DNA of 53,068 nucleotides, taken from IMG/VR virus record IMGVR_UViG_3300027857_000023, positions 1 to 53,068 of that record; one strand, 5' to 3'. This document shows positions 27,815 through 36,657 of the stretch, one piece after another. Below the pieces are notes generated by a model that saw only the letters and a list, made by a program, of their open reading frames with translations, was not told where the DNA came from and searched no databases. Every line of letters begins with the position of its first letter. Within the stretch, counting starts at the first letter, position 1. This DNA comes from a virus (Duplodnaviria > Caudoviricetes). Both the position numbers and the translations under genes were made by a program.

Positions 27815-28155
27815 GAGAGACAGAGGGAGCAGTCAGAGAAGAGGTCAGGCAGGCGATAGCTGATGAGCGCGAACGACGCGACTATTGGGTGGTTGTGGGT
27901 GAGGTGTGCCCCGTGCGTCGTGTCTGGGGTGTTCCAGTACCGGAAGGACTGAGAACCTATATAGCAACGACCACTTGCACCGTGAAACATGATCACGGGA
28001 TCCCATGCGTCTGGTTTGATTATGTCTTTCTTATCAATGGCGAGCTGCGTGTGATGCTGCAGAATGACTTTGGTCGAATAGGCATGCTGATGGAAGATAG
28101 CGCAAGGCAGATCATGGAGAAGTTGAGAGGCGAGTTAAAGGAGCAAGCAGAGTGA
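27811..28155 (+). CDS. Hypothetical protein
   Basis: GTGA overlap and AAGGAG RBS. Confidence 0.5.
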   Translation: MRETEGAVREEVRQAIADERERRDYWVVVGEVCPVRRVWGVPVPEGLRTYIATTTCTVKHDHGIPCVWFDYVFLINGELRVMLQNDFGRIGMLMEDSARQIMEKLRGELKEQAE

Positions 28156-28553
28156 CGAAAACAATCACTGAAATCGATACAACGAAGACCTATAGCGGGC
28201 TGCCGGCTCCCGATGGGTGGCATATTGTTGAGCCGTGGGGTGATGGACTCATGTGGGAGCGTCTGGTGGGACAGCGTATCACGGTTATCGAAGATATCAC
28301 TCTCAAAGCGGATGGGCGTAAGTGGCTGCATGTGAGCGTGGCGAAACCAAATAGGAAGATGCCAACCTATGAGGATCTTCATGTTGCACGCACACTGTTC
28401 ATCGGCGAGCATCGGGAGTGCTATCAGGTCTTTCCCACAAAAGAGCGATACGTGAATATCGGGAATGTGCTTCATTTGTGGGCCTGCATGGAGCAACCTG
28501 AAGGAGTGTTGCCACACTTTGAGGATATCGTTGATGGCATGTTAACGGTGTAG
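28152..28553 (+). CDS. Conserved phage hypothetical protein
   Basis: WLHVSVA...MPTYEDL...YVN...LHLW motif typical of a phage family. Confidence 0.65.
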   Translation: MTKTITEIDTTKTYSGLPAPDGWHIVEPWGDGLMWERLVGQRITVIEDITLKADGRKWLHVSVAKPNRKMPTYEDLHVARTLFIGEHRECYQVFPTKERYVNIGNVLHLWACMEQPEGVLPHFEDIVDGMLTV

Positions 28554-28569
28554 AAAGCGAGCAAGCAGG

Positions 28570-28782
28570 ATGAGAAAAAGACTCTCAAAGGGGAGAGGCA
28601 GGGGACTCGCAAGTAAGAGCCCGGAAGAGAGAAAGAAGATCGCAGCGATGGGTGGAAAAGCGGCTCACGCTCTGGGAGTTGCACACAAATTTACGAGCGA
28701 AGAAGCTCAGGCTGCCGGGCGCATTGGCGGCAAGGTGAGTGGACTGCGACGACGAGAAAGCAGGGGCAATCATGAAGATTGA
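28570..28782 (+). CDS. KGG-repeat general stress protein (YciG/GsiB-like)
   Basis: RGLASKSPEERKKIAAMGGKAAHALGVAHKFTSEEAQAAGRIGG. Confidence 0.85.
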   Translation: MRKRLSKGRGRGLASKSPEERKKIAAMGGKAAHALGVAHKFTSEEAQAAGRIGGKVSGLRRRESRGNHED

Positions 28783-29002
28783 AGGAGCCTATCTGGAGCA
28801 TCGCAACCTGGCAGATGGGCGTGCGATCGCTGTCGATCAGTTGGCGCAAGGACGAGGCCTCGTGGTGATCGGGACGAGATATGCAGGGACGAGCTGGGAG
28901 TATAGCAGCATCAGCGAGGCCCTGGCTGCATGGTTTGATTGGGATCCTGCGAAGAGTCTGGAGCCAGCAGGATACCAACGGCGGAGAAGGATAGAAGTAT
29001 GA
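28772..29002 (+). CDS. Hypothetical protein
   Basis: Coupled ORF; WEY...ALAAW..WD...EPAGY. Confidence 0.55.
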   Translation: MKIEGAYLEHRNLADGRAIAVDQLAQGRGLVVIGTRYAGTSWEYSSISEALAAWFDWDPAKSLEPAGYQRRRRIEV

Positions 29003-29008
29003 GTCATT

Positions 29009-29221
29009 ATGATTAATTTTACGAGGAGAAGAAAGATGCCCACAGAAGATATAGCGACCCTTGTTACGCGCGAACTTCCCGCAGTGGGGAAGGAAACAAC
29101 CAAACTACGAGCATTGCCAGGCAGACCGATCGCGCTGCCAAGTAGACACATCCCGCTGCCGGTGCTCAGGTTGCCTTGGCTAGTGGAGGCTTTGAAAGCA
29201 GAACAGGGACGGAAGGTATGA
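29009..29221 (+). CDS. Hypothetical protein
   Basis: ORF in operon orientation; start uncertain. Confidence 0.4.
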   Translation: MINFTRRRKMPTEDIATLVTRELPAVGKETTKLRALPGRPIALPSRHIPLPVLRLPWLVEALKAEQGRKV

Positions 29222-29724
29222 GCAAGAAAGATCAGGAGTTTGTGCGCCAGGCCATGGAATTGGGCAGCCAGATCGAAGCGTTTCCATGGCGAATCCAGTG
29301 CTTGCGGCATATGATCAAGATTGGAATGGACCCCATGCAGGCCCTGGAACTACGCGTCAGCAGTGAGAAGGATAGACCAATTATCGAGCAAGTGCAAGAT
29401 GCGGCTTCCATGTTCTTCACCGCGTTTTCTCTCTACCCCACCAGTATTGCCGTACATTCAGCGATTGCCGCACTCATTGAGGCCAGCGAGGTGATCATCA
29501 AGGCGAAACATAAGCATGCTGATGCTCACCCAATGTTGCATCAGCAGTTTCTCGGGAAAGGCTTTGAGCCATGGCCTCTACGCATTGAGATCGATAATAA
29601 TCTGGATCTGCGCACGACGGCAGTGCGCTACAAGATTAGTCTGGATGACGAAGCGTATCAAGAGGCGTTTACGACATTGCTCATGCAAGGCCTGACCGCT
29701 TTGGCTGAGGAGGGCAAAGGATGA
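29218..29724 (+). CDS. Hypothetical protein
   Basis: ATGA overlap. Confidence 0.6.
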   Translation: MSKKDQEFVRQAMELGSQIEAFPWRIQCLRHMIKIGMDPMQALELRVSSEKDRPIIEQVQDAASMFFTAFSLYPTSIAVHSAIAALIEASEVIIKAKHKHADAHPMLHQQFLGKGFEPWPLRIEIDNNLDLRTTAVRYKISLDDEAYQEAFTTLLMQGLTALAEEGKG

Positions 29725-29876
29725 GCGAGCGAGAGCTAATGAAGGAGCTGAGAGTACTTGTTGAGAAGGGACTTGTGCTCATCGATGCTGATCGAGAATT
29801 GCCAGAGGTGTTGATCGAAGTGCCTCTCCCTTGTGGGACGGATCAGACAGTAGTTTCTAAAAACCAGGAGGAATAA
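29721..29876 (+). CDS. 51-aa hypothetical protein (not in ORF track)
   Basis: ATGA overlap and GGAGG RBS; MSERELMKELRVLVEKGLVLID. Confidence 0.5.
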   Translation: MSERELMKELRVLVEKGLVLIDADRELPEVLIEVPLPCGTDQTVVSKNQEE

Positions 29877-29880
29877 CACC

Positions 29881-30351
29881 ATGTTACAGCAAGCGCCCAT
29901 ATCTACGACGATACGGCGTCATATCGATACATTACGCTCCAGTGATCTGGATGCGCTTCTTGACCGTCATATATTTGGCCGCGAGCCACGATGTCGAGGC
30001 AACTGCGAGTTTCAAGTGATGATCGGATCGCAGAGCTACCATCGATGTGAGATTTGCGGAGGCATTGAGGAGCGGAGCCCAGCACAGCGCTATTTCGGCG
30101 CTGACGGACATGAGAGACTCATCCCACGCTACACAGTGGATAAGACGAGCATTCAGTGTGTCATTGACGCCATAGGAAGAATGAGCAAGACGATTCAGTC
30201 GTGCTATACCCTCAACATCTGCTGCTATTGCCCAGTTGGGGCCAGCATGACGGTCTGGCTCAACTTCGGCCCGACGCCCCGGCAAATTGCCCTGGCCGCA
30301 CTGAGAGCGGTGGACGTGGTTGATAGTGAGGGATATGTTGAAACAGTATAA
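29881..30351 (+). CDS. Phage ABA-sandwich-like protein with Zn-ribbon insert
   Basis: LDALLDRHIFG...CEICG...PRYT...IALAALRA. Confidence 0.55.
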   Translation: MLQQAPISTTIRRHIDTLRSSDLDALLDRHIFGREPRCRGNCEFQVMIGSQSYHRCEICGGIEERSPAQRYFGADGHERLIPRYTVDKTSIQCVIDAIGRMSKTIQSCYTLNICCYCPVGASMTVWLNFGPTPRQIALAALRAVDVVDSEGYVETV

Positions 30352-30385
30352 GATCCTGGACTCCATGTAGTTTAGCACGCCCACC

Positions 30386-30604
30386 GTGGTGCAGTTGACC
30401 AAGTTGCCAGATGCGCAAATTGGCGTGGTGGCAGTAGAGACCTTTGCCGAAGAGCGAGAGTGGAAAGCCTACATGGGGATCTCAGCGGGCTATAGCCAGG
30501 GTGCGGATGAGCAATTCATCGCCATGATGGGATGTGGACTACAGCCAGAAGTGGCCCATGTGCTCTTCCCCAATCTGGATATCGAGAAGTACAAAAAGTA
30601 TTGA
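30386..30604 (+). CDS. Hypothetical protein
   Basis: WKAYMG...DEQFIAMMG..L...AHVLFP. Confidence 0.55.
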   Translation: MVQLTKLPDAQIGVVAVETFAEEREWKAYMGISAGYSQGADEQFIAMMGCGLQPEVAHVLFPNLDIEKYKKY

Positions 30605-30747
30605 GCAGAAGAAGTAAATTGCTGTGGCAGGCAGTACTGAAGTGGATGCTGTATGCAGTCATCTGGCTGTTGTTGATTGCCGGGGGAGCGATAGTGCTGG
30701 TTTTCTGGTCCATCATCCTGTATTTCTGGGTGATAGCGCCAACATAG
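30601..30747 (+). CDS. Small membrane protein
   Basis: TTGA overlap; long hydrophobic stretch. Confidence 0.45.
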   Translation: MSRRSKLLWQAVLKWMLYAVIWLLLIAGGAIVLVFWSIILYFWVIAPT

Positions 30748-30766
30748 AAAGGATTGGAGAGATAAA

Positions 30767-30970
30767 ATGGCAGATTGTAACACCTCTATTCAAAAGGTGA
30801 TATTCGATTTCGCTGATCCACAAATCACGAAGGTTCGTGTTGAAATCGACTTTGACGGGGATTGCGGTATCTTGGTGAAACGTGTCTATGAAAAGTCGTT
30901 TCCTGCACGCATTCCTGCTATTGAGATTATGCAAATGCAAGACGGTGTTCCTGGCTACCTGCTGTGGTAA
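30767..30970 (+). CDS. Hypothetical protein
   Basis: GGAG RBS. Confidence 0.55.
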   Translation: MADCNTSIQKVIFDFADPQITKVRVEIDFDGDCGILVKRVYEKSFPARIPAIEIMQMQDGVPGYLLW

Positions 30971-30986
30971 AACAACTGGTGCCAAC

Positions 30987-31187
30987 ATGAGCCGGTTCTG
31001 GCGGGATATGAGCTTCTGGCTCAGTGCTGCCAGGTCCAGCTCGTTCGCTGACCTCTGGTCGTTGTGGCAGACACGCGGTCATCGGTGGAATGAGGAGGTG
31101 ACTTACGATCATTTCACCATATTACATCAGACAGATGTATCGATGGTGATAGAGGTAGATCTTCCGAGATCCAAAGTAGGAGGTTAG
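30987..31187 (+). CDS. Hypothetical protein
   Basis: ORF in operon orientation. Confidence 0.4.
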   Translation: MSRFWRDMSFWLSAARSSSFADLWSLWQTRGHRWNEEVTYDHFTILHQTDVSMVIEVDLPRSKVGG

Positions 31188-31188
31188 T

Positions 31189-31602
31189 ATGCATCTCGAT
31201 CAGTCTGCTTTCCCTGGCCAAGAGCAGGCCATCGACGAAATCGTCACACTGGCATTGCAGATTGCCAAACGCCAGCGCGGCGAGGATCATCTGCAATCGG
31301 CTGAAAGCATCAAAGGAAAGCTCCTCCTCGAATATGTGGAACTTGGTGAGGCGTTGGCCGTAAAGACGCGGTTAGACGTGCTCTCCGAAGTAGCGGATTG
31401 CACCTATTATACTGTTTGCTTATTTGCCATAAACCATAGCGAGCACAATCTACACGCTGTCCAGACGTTTGTCTGCCAGCAAGCGAGCGCAACCGTTGAG
31501 CAAGCGTATCAGGCGGCATTGGCTAAGTATCGCTATCGATCCAATCACCCCAAAAATATCCCCGCTGAGAATGAGGAGATACGGCAGGCGTTGGGGAATT
31601 GA
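31189..31602 (+). CDS. MazG-like nucleotide pyrophosphohydrolase
   Basis: KLLLEYVELGEA...LSEVADCTYY (ExxE/ExxD) and KYRYR. Confidence 0.6.
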   Translation: MHLDQSAFPGQEQAIDEIVTLALQIAKRQRGEDHLQSAESIKGKLLLEYVELGEALAVKTRLDVLSEVADCTYYTVCLFAINHSEHNLHAVQTFVCQQASATVEQAYQAALAKYRYRSNHPKNIPAENEEIRQALGN

Positions 31603-31639
31603 TGGCTGTGCTATGATGGGATTGTGGAGGAATACACAC

Positions 31640-31673
31640 AAGAGGCGCGATTCTGCAAAGGGTCGCGCTTCTT
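31640..31673 (+). terminator. Hairpin ending the rightward early operon
   Basis: aagaggcgcga...tcgcgcttctt. Confidence 0.5.
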
Positions 31674-31774
31674 GCCGTTTTGCCAGTGCTACAAATCGTT
31701 GCTAATTCTACGGATCCAATTTACCTATCCTAGAGATGAGACGGCAAAAAGGAGGAATCGCTAAAATCGAATGA

Positions 31775-32257
31775 TTACCACTCTATCCGAACTTTCTGGC
31801 CAAACTCGCGTGTCACCTCAACCCAATCATATTGGGGATCGCTGTCGCTGGTCTGCTCATCCCGCTTGACTGATTTGCCGCCCTCTATCCGCTCGGTAAT
31901 GGTAGTCGTCCTGATGATATGCTCAACTCTCCTGTACACCTGAGCAATCGTTGGACTGAAGAGGACGCTGCTCAAGCTAGGTTCGGCGCTGGCCAGGATG
32001 CTGCGTGCCGCGCGATCTTCCTGGTCCTTGATAGCGTTATCCTGAATCTCGAATTTGAGGTAAGGCTCCCACACCTCCATGTCCTCCAGGACGAAGTGGC
32101 TGAACTGGCCCTCTACATCGATGAAGACCCGTTCATGCTCTTCGCGTCGTGTCACTTTGGCTTCCTTCACCATGCCAGACATCGCATCGGCCACCGTTTC
32201 GTAGTCTTTGGTAAATCGCAGGACCGTTAACCGTGCCATATCATCCTCCGTGCTCAT
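31775..32257 (-). CDS. Hypothetical protein, isolated on the minus strand
   Basis: GAGGG RBS; 160 aa. Confidence 0.6.
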   Translation of the reverse strand: MSTEDDMARLTVLRFTKDYETVADAMSGMVKEAKVTRREEHERVFIDVEGQFSHFVLEDMEVWEPYLKFEIQDNAIKDQEDRAARSILASAEPSLSSVLFSPTIAQVYRRVEHIIRTTTITERIEGGKSVKRDEQTSDSDPQYDWVEVTREFGQKVRIEW

Positions 32258-32395
32258 CGTCTTTCCCTCATCCTACCACTGACAGGCAAGCTATGCCCTG
32301 ATACACGGTGATAAAGACTGGAAACTCTGTTATAATAAGGGCAGTGAACGCTTGCTTAAGGCGGATTCGTATAGCCTCGCAAGGAGGCCGCCCAC

Positions 32396-32797
32396 ATGGA
32401 CCTCTTGATTATACTGACGGTTGTAGGCTTTCTCCTCGGCCTACTTGCCTACTATCTCTATCGATTGTTGCTCTCCATCCAGCATACCCTCCAGGACCTG
32501 CACGCCGTTAACCGCTCTATTGCGGAGTGGTCGTACAGTACTGCGACGCAGGCCAGGTACATCCGATCTGATGCGAGATATACAGGTGAGCAGATTGATG
32601 CATGGATCAACCATTCCAACGAGCTGCGCCGCCACCAATTGCTCCAAGAAGTCCATCGCCATGCCTTTGCGACAGCCGTGACACCCATTGCTCCTCTGAT
32701 GACTCCTCACACGCCGGTGCCATCTCATACGGCCTGGATTGGCGACCAGGCTCTGAAAGCGTGGCAGGCAACGAGGTTTACCAATGACAGACACTGA
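32396..32797 (+). CDS. N-terminal TM/coiled-coil protein
   Basis: AAGGAGG RBS; TGTTATAAT promoter-like element upstream. Confidence 0.6.
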   Translation: MDLLIILTVVGFLLGLLAYYLYRLLLSIQHTLQDLHAVNRSIAEWSYSTATQARYIRSDARYTGEQIDAWINHSNELRRHQLLQEVHRHAFATAVTPIAPLMTPHTPVPSHTAWIGDQALKAWQATRFTNDRH

Positions 32798-32960
32798 GTT
32801 ATTGTGCGTCGTAGTGGTGCTCAGCACTCTTACTCAAGCTGCTACTGCCTATCTCGTCTGGCGAGTGTGTCAGCGCATGACTGAGGCCCTGGCCAGGATA
32901 GGCAATTGTCGGCCTGGGCGAGCGAGATCCGGGGTAGTGCAGCGGCAGAGGGATGTGTGA
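32784..32960 (+). CDS. 58-aa single-TM protein (not in ORF track)
   Basis: GAGGT RBS; MTDTELLCVVVVLSTLTQAATAYLVWRV. Confidence 0.5.
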   Translation: MTDTELLCVVVVLSTLTQAATAYLVWRVCQRMTEALARIGNCRPGRARSGVVQRQRDV

Positions 32961-33074
32961 ATGGAAGAGCAGGGAGATGATTTTTACAAACTGGTACTCT
33001 TGGTTGCTGTAGGGCTGATTATTGGGTCGATCCTCATCACGAGTTGTTCGATGCTGGTGTTTGGGGCTTCGTAG
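32961..33074 (+). CDS. 37-aa single-TM peptide (not in ORF track)
   Basis: MEEQGDDFYKLVLLVAVGLIIGSILITSCSMLVFGAS. Confidence 0.5.
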   Translation: MEEQGDDFYKLVLLVAVGLIIGSILITSCSMLVFGAS

Positions 33075-33111
33075 GACTATACGAATCACTGGTATGTACC
33101 ACTTAGCTCAT

Positions 33112-33155
33112 AGAGAGCGCGTTTTGGCGATGGCTCAAAAACGCGCTCTCTTTTT
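33112..33155 (+). terminator. Intrinsic terminator
   Basis: agagagcgcgtttt/aaaacgcgctctct followed by a T-run. Confidence 0.85.
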
Positions 33156-33167
33156 GCCGTATACCCC

Positions 33168-33207
33168 TTGACTTATGTACGTACATTGAGTATACTAAGT
33201 ACGTACA
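33168..33207 (+). promoter_or_regulatory. Sigma70 promoter with GTACGTAC palindromic operators
   Basis: TTGACT-17-TATACT; atgtacgtacat in the spacer and agtacgtaca just downstream. Confidence 0.8.
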
Positions 33208-33239
33208 GTAAATGATGTGCAAGAAGAGGAGTCAAAGAG

Positions 33240-33689
33240 ATGGCAAAATATACGATCACCCGCAAATGTGGACACAGTGAAGAGATGCAGATTGGTGGTC
33301 CAGAGAAAGACCGTCCAGGTAAGGCTGATTGGCTGGCAACGCAGTCGTGTGTGGCTTGTCGGCGCAATCAGACTCGCCTGAGTGTTGACGCCTGGACAGA
33401 GGAGCGTGGGCTGGTGGAATTAGAGGGGACAGAGAAGCAGGTTTCTTGGGCCGACAAGATCCGCAAAGAGTTGATTGAGGAGATGGATCGGTTTCTGGAT
33501 CTAGCGAATGCCTCTCCAGAACATCCCGACTCGCCCTATATTATTCGTGCTTACAAGTGGGCGCTTATCCAGAGCAAGGCGGCATGGTGGCTTGATCGTC
33601 GTGAGCAGACTGGAAGAACCCAACTCACCAAGATGATCGAGCAGCTCAAAGCCAACGATGCGAAGAAGGAGGCTGCCAGTGCAAAATGA
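33240..33689 (+). CDS. Conserved phage protein with CGH/CxxC and LxGTEKQxxWA motifs
   Basis: CGH...CVAC...LEGTEKQVSWADKIR...AAWWLDRR. Confidence 0.7.
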   Translation: MAKYTITRKCGHSEEMQIGGPEKDRPGKADWLATQSCVACRRNQTRLSVDAWTEERGLVELEGTEKQVSWADKIRKELIEEMDRFLDLANASPEHPDSPYIIRAYKWALIQSKAAWWLDRREQTGRTQLTKMIEQLKANDAKKEAASAK

Positions 33690-34146
33690 GATTGAATGCA
33701 AGCTCCTCGAAGCGCTCTTTGAGGCACTCATCTACGGAAAGCGCTTTTCTACCTATAGCGCGGGCTATGAAGCCAGTATTGAGCGAAATAACGAACATGT
33801 TTGGGACTCCGAAGGAAGGCTTTTAGCTCATCTGGATATTCGTCTGAAGCAGGGCGGTTCGCTTTTGTTGGATGGGGGTGCGTTCCCGATCTGGCTTTCT
33901 GCTCAGATCGATGAGTCTGTTAAGGTGAGCTGGGAGATGCCCGAAAACCCATGGGGTGCAGCGCAATCCAACGTCTGGCCATATGTGCCATACCTGAAGC
34001 AGGGAGATGATCCTCTGATGCTCACTGAACGCTATGAGGTGCGCATGGAGGCTGCATTGAAGCAGTGGATGCTAGAGCATGGCGGTGCCGCTCTTATTCG
34101 CTCTCTCTTGCGCGCTGAGCGAGCACGGCAATTGACGGGGGAGTAG
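33679..34146 (+). CDS. Protein with C-terminal ribbon-helix-helix-like domain
   Basis: YEVRMEAALKQWMLEHGGAALIRSLL; AAGGAGG RBS. Confidence 0.6.
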   Translation: MQNEIECKLLEALFEALIYGKRFSTYSAGYEASIERNNEHVWDSEGRLLAHLDIRLKQGGSLLLDGGAFPIWLSAQIDESVKVSWEMPENPWGAAQSNVWPYVPYLKQGDDPLMLTERYEVRMEAALKQWMLEHGGAALIRSLLRAERARQLTGE

Positions 34147-34396
34147 ACCACTTAGCTCATCAATGCACGGAACCGTGGTGGTGTGTCACCCGACCACGGT
34201 GGGGGTGCCAATGGAACTGTAGCAAGTGTAGCAGGGTCGTGAAAATCTGCTACAGTGGGGGTATCCACCGACTGGCGTGGGTGGACCAATGCAACCGACC
34301 ACAACGGGGATCACTCAGGGCAGCGAGCAATACGGTGGTGGACTCGGTGGACGCTTGTGTTGGCACTGCTCGCAATGATCATTACTAGAAGATACG

Positions 34397-34753
34397 TCAG
34401 AGTGTAGGAGTTGGATCACTTGTCTGTCTTTGTCCCGTCAACTCCTCGAACTTTCGATCTATCTCCTCATCCGAGTTCCCGCTCATCAAGGCTTGTTGTT
34501 TCCACTCATGAAACGCTTCTCTCGTTTTCCAGTCCACCAGCATCTTGCGAGAGTCTTTGTCGCGCCAGCCATGTGGGAACGTCCAGTAGGTCTCGATGAC
34601 TCGGAGCTTATACTCGGTCTCGTACTCCTGGCGTAGTTCGGCCTTCATCTCTTCATCAGTTAGCCAGTCTGATCCAGAGATATAGCTGTCAGTGACCGTT
34701 GACCAGATTTTCCATTTGTGGGTTTGCTTATGTTGTTTGAGTAGCCAGCCCAT
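34397..34753 (-). CDS. Hypothetical protein
   Basis: GGGAG RBS; WKIWSTVTDSYI. Confidence 0.6.
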   Translation of the reverse strand: MGWLLKQHKQTHKWKIWSTVTDSYISGSDWLTDEEMKAELRQEYETEYKLRVIETYWTFPHGWRDKDSRKMLVDWKTREAFHEWKQQALMSGNSDEEIDRKFEELTGQRQTSDPTPTL

Positions 34754-34946
34754 TATTCTCCCCTTTGTCTCCCAGATGCTGATGTTTGATGAGGAGACGG
34801 TTGTTGGCATTCTGTATCTTGAACTGCCCAGCCTTTAACAGGGCCTCTTTGCGTTCTTCGGGAGATAAGATAGTGATAATCGTGCGTTCATCTTCATCCA
34901 TCTTAGCAATTCGGATAGTTTCTGTCTCTGCCATATCGCCCTCCAC
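34728..34946 (-). CDS. Hypothetical protein
   Basis: Member of a short leftward operon. Confidence 0.5.
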   Translation of the reverse strand: MEGDMAETETIRIAKMDEDERTIITILSPEERKEALLKAGQFKIQNANNRLLIKHQHLGDKGENNGLATQTT

Positions 34947-34954
34947 TCATCCTC

Positions 34955-35143
34955 TCAGGGTGCCATTGGTTTTATTTCAACATCAGGGTCCCATATCTCG
35001 ACTTGAGCAACACGCATATTCCCTGGTTTAACCGTTATAATGCAAGTTTTAACATTGTCTAACTCTATATCCGTTCCAACCACGTAGACATGAGCAAGTC
35101 CCTGCTCATCAGTGGCAATCCTGATACGTCTTGCTTCACTCAT
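34955..35143 (-). CDS. Hypothetical protein
   Basis: AGGAG RBS. Confidence 0.55.
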   Translation of the reverse strand: MSEARRIRIATDEQGLAHVYVVGTDIELDNVKTCIITVKPGNMRVAQVEIWDPDVEIKPMAP

Positions 35144-35415
35144 CGACTGGTATCTACTCCCTTTGGCCTGTCTGACAACTCCCCCAGATCGATCATCGTT
35201 ACAGGCTGTTGTAGCTCATCTAATAGCTTACGATGAGACTGGATGGAGACTTCTACGAGGCGCATATGTTCCGCGCAGTAGGACCCATTCCAGATATGAT
35301 ATGCCGGGTGGGTCGATTCCCATCGTGAAACCGCTTCCTCTTCACATGGGACATTTTTATCAACGAAATCACAGTGTTTTCGGTGTTTATCGATTGCTGA
35401 TTCTTCGCTCATCAT
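35140..35415 (-). CDS. Small Cys/His protein
   Basis: CDF...PCEEEA...YCAEH. Confidence 0.55.
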   Translation of the reverse strand: MMSEESAIDKHRKHCDFVDKNVPCEEEAVSRWESTHPAYHIWNGSYCAEHMRLVEVSIQSHRKLLDELQQPVTMIDLGELSDRPKGVDTSR

Positions 35416-35726
35416 TCCTCTTCCTTCTTCTTGCTTGTCAGAGCTTCTCTCAACTCATTCATCATTGGCTCTTCCTCGCGTGTCAAATCTCCACATTTCT
35501 CTAACCATGAGAGATGGGCAAAGGCGGTCCTGGCTGCGGCTTCGATCTTCTTGAGTCGCTCCCATTGAACAATTCGTTTTGCGTAGTGCATTTGTGCCTG
35601 CCAACGATTCGGCGTGATCTTGTCACATTCACGACAAATCACCAAATCACCAGGTTGGAGATGAGGTGCGAAATTACTCTCTTCAACGTTCTTGTTACAA
35701 ACACTGCAAACTTGATGTGCTGTCAT
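35412..35726 (-). CDS. Zn-finger hypothetical protein
   Basis: CSVC...CREC. Confidence 0.6.
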   Translation of the reverse strand: MTAHQVCSVCNKNVEESNFAPHLQPGDLVICRECDKITPNRWQAQMHYAKRIVQWERLKKIEAAARTAFAHLSWLEKCGDLTREEEPMMNELREALTSKKKEEE

Positions 35727-35740
35727 TCCTTATCCTCCAC

Positions 35741-36136
35741 TCATGTTATCCGAAATCCTCCGCTCGTCTCAGCCCAGTCCGCAAAGGTTTCGAACAGATC
35801 AAGCAACTGAAGTTTTATGGCTGGGAAGATGGGATCACGCTTCTGGAGATCAAGCAAGCGTTGCATCGCGACGTAATTCCTGGCAATGCGTGCCAGCACC
35901 TTTGCCTCCTCCTCAGTGATTGGAAAGCCACTATTGAGTATAAGGGCAGGTCCTTCCTCGCTATCTCCCATTCTCTCGTCTACGCTTGAGACGTAAAACC
36001 AGCGTTTTCGATCAAAGACAGCAGCAAAGTACGTGCCACACTGCTCAAGCAGGAGCGGCCAATGGAAAGCGCTCATCGCAAAGGTTTCCACATCTTTGTT
36101 ATTGGGAACCATGTGATACACGACTCTCTCCTCCAC
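35741..36136 (-). CDS. Hypothetical protein
   Basis: C-terminal FADWAETSGGFRI motif. Confidence 0.6.
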   Translation of the reverse strand: MEERVVYHMVPNNKDVETFAMSAFHWPLLLEQCGTYFAAVFDRKRWFYVSSVDERMGDSEEGPALILNSGFPITEEEAKVLARIARNYVAMQRLLDLQKRDPIFPAIKLQLLDLFETFADWAETSGGFRIT

Positions 36137-36207
36137 TCATTTTCCATCGATTCTACCAGAAATCACACGCTGCTGTCACGCTCCTCCCTCTCTGGTATAA
36201 TACGCCC

Positions 36208-36399
36208 ATGATGACGATCGATGAGACTAAGGCAGAAGAGGGCCAGGCCGAGCAACCTGCTCGTTGTAGTTGCCTGGAAGGGCGCGGGCAATGCTCAATG
36301 CCTGCTCATCTCACGCTGGAGCACGACGGTGGTGTGTCATACTTTTGTATGTATCACTTCAGGGTCCTCATGGACTACTGGAGAAACATGAGAGATTGA
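36208..36399 (+). CDS. Small Cys/His protein, possibly leaderless
   Basis: TGGTATAAT ends 7 nt upstream of the ATG; CSC...QC...FCMYH. Confidence 0.5.
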   Translation: MMTIDETKAEEGQAEQPARCSCLEGRGQCSMPAHLTLEHDGGVSYFCMYHFRVLMDYWRNMRD

Positions 36400-36657
36400 A
36401 TGAGCGAAGATATTATCACACTCCGCTATGAGGTCTGGGATCGCGATATCACATCCGACTTTTTGCCTCCTGTGCCAAAGATTGGGATTGAGGAAGTATT
36501 GAGCGTGGACTTTCAGGGTGGACTCTGGGTTGTGCGTAGCACTGAGGATGGTGCGTCGCCGTGGTGGATTGGGCGGGCTGAAAACAAGCAAGAAGCTATC
36601 CTCAACTATCTGAAGGCGCGGTTAGGGCTGTATAAGGAGGAGCAAGCCAGTGACTGA
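36400..36657 (+). CDS. Hypothetical protein
   Basis: Coupled ORF. Confidence 0.55.
   Translation: MSEDIITLRYEVWDRDITSDFLPPVPKIGIEEVLSVDFQGGLWVVRSTEDGASPWWIGRAENKQEAILNYLKARLGLYKEEQASD

Larger units (their letters stand above)
33098..34160 (+). mobile_element. Moron-like cassette flanked by 14-bp direct repeat accacttagctcat
   Basis: Repeat at 33098-33111 and 34147-34160 encloses a terminator, a promoter and two ORFs. Confidence 0.7.
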
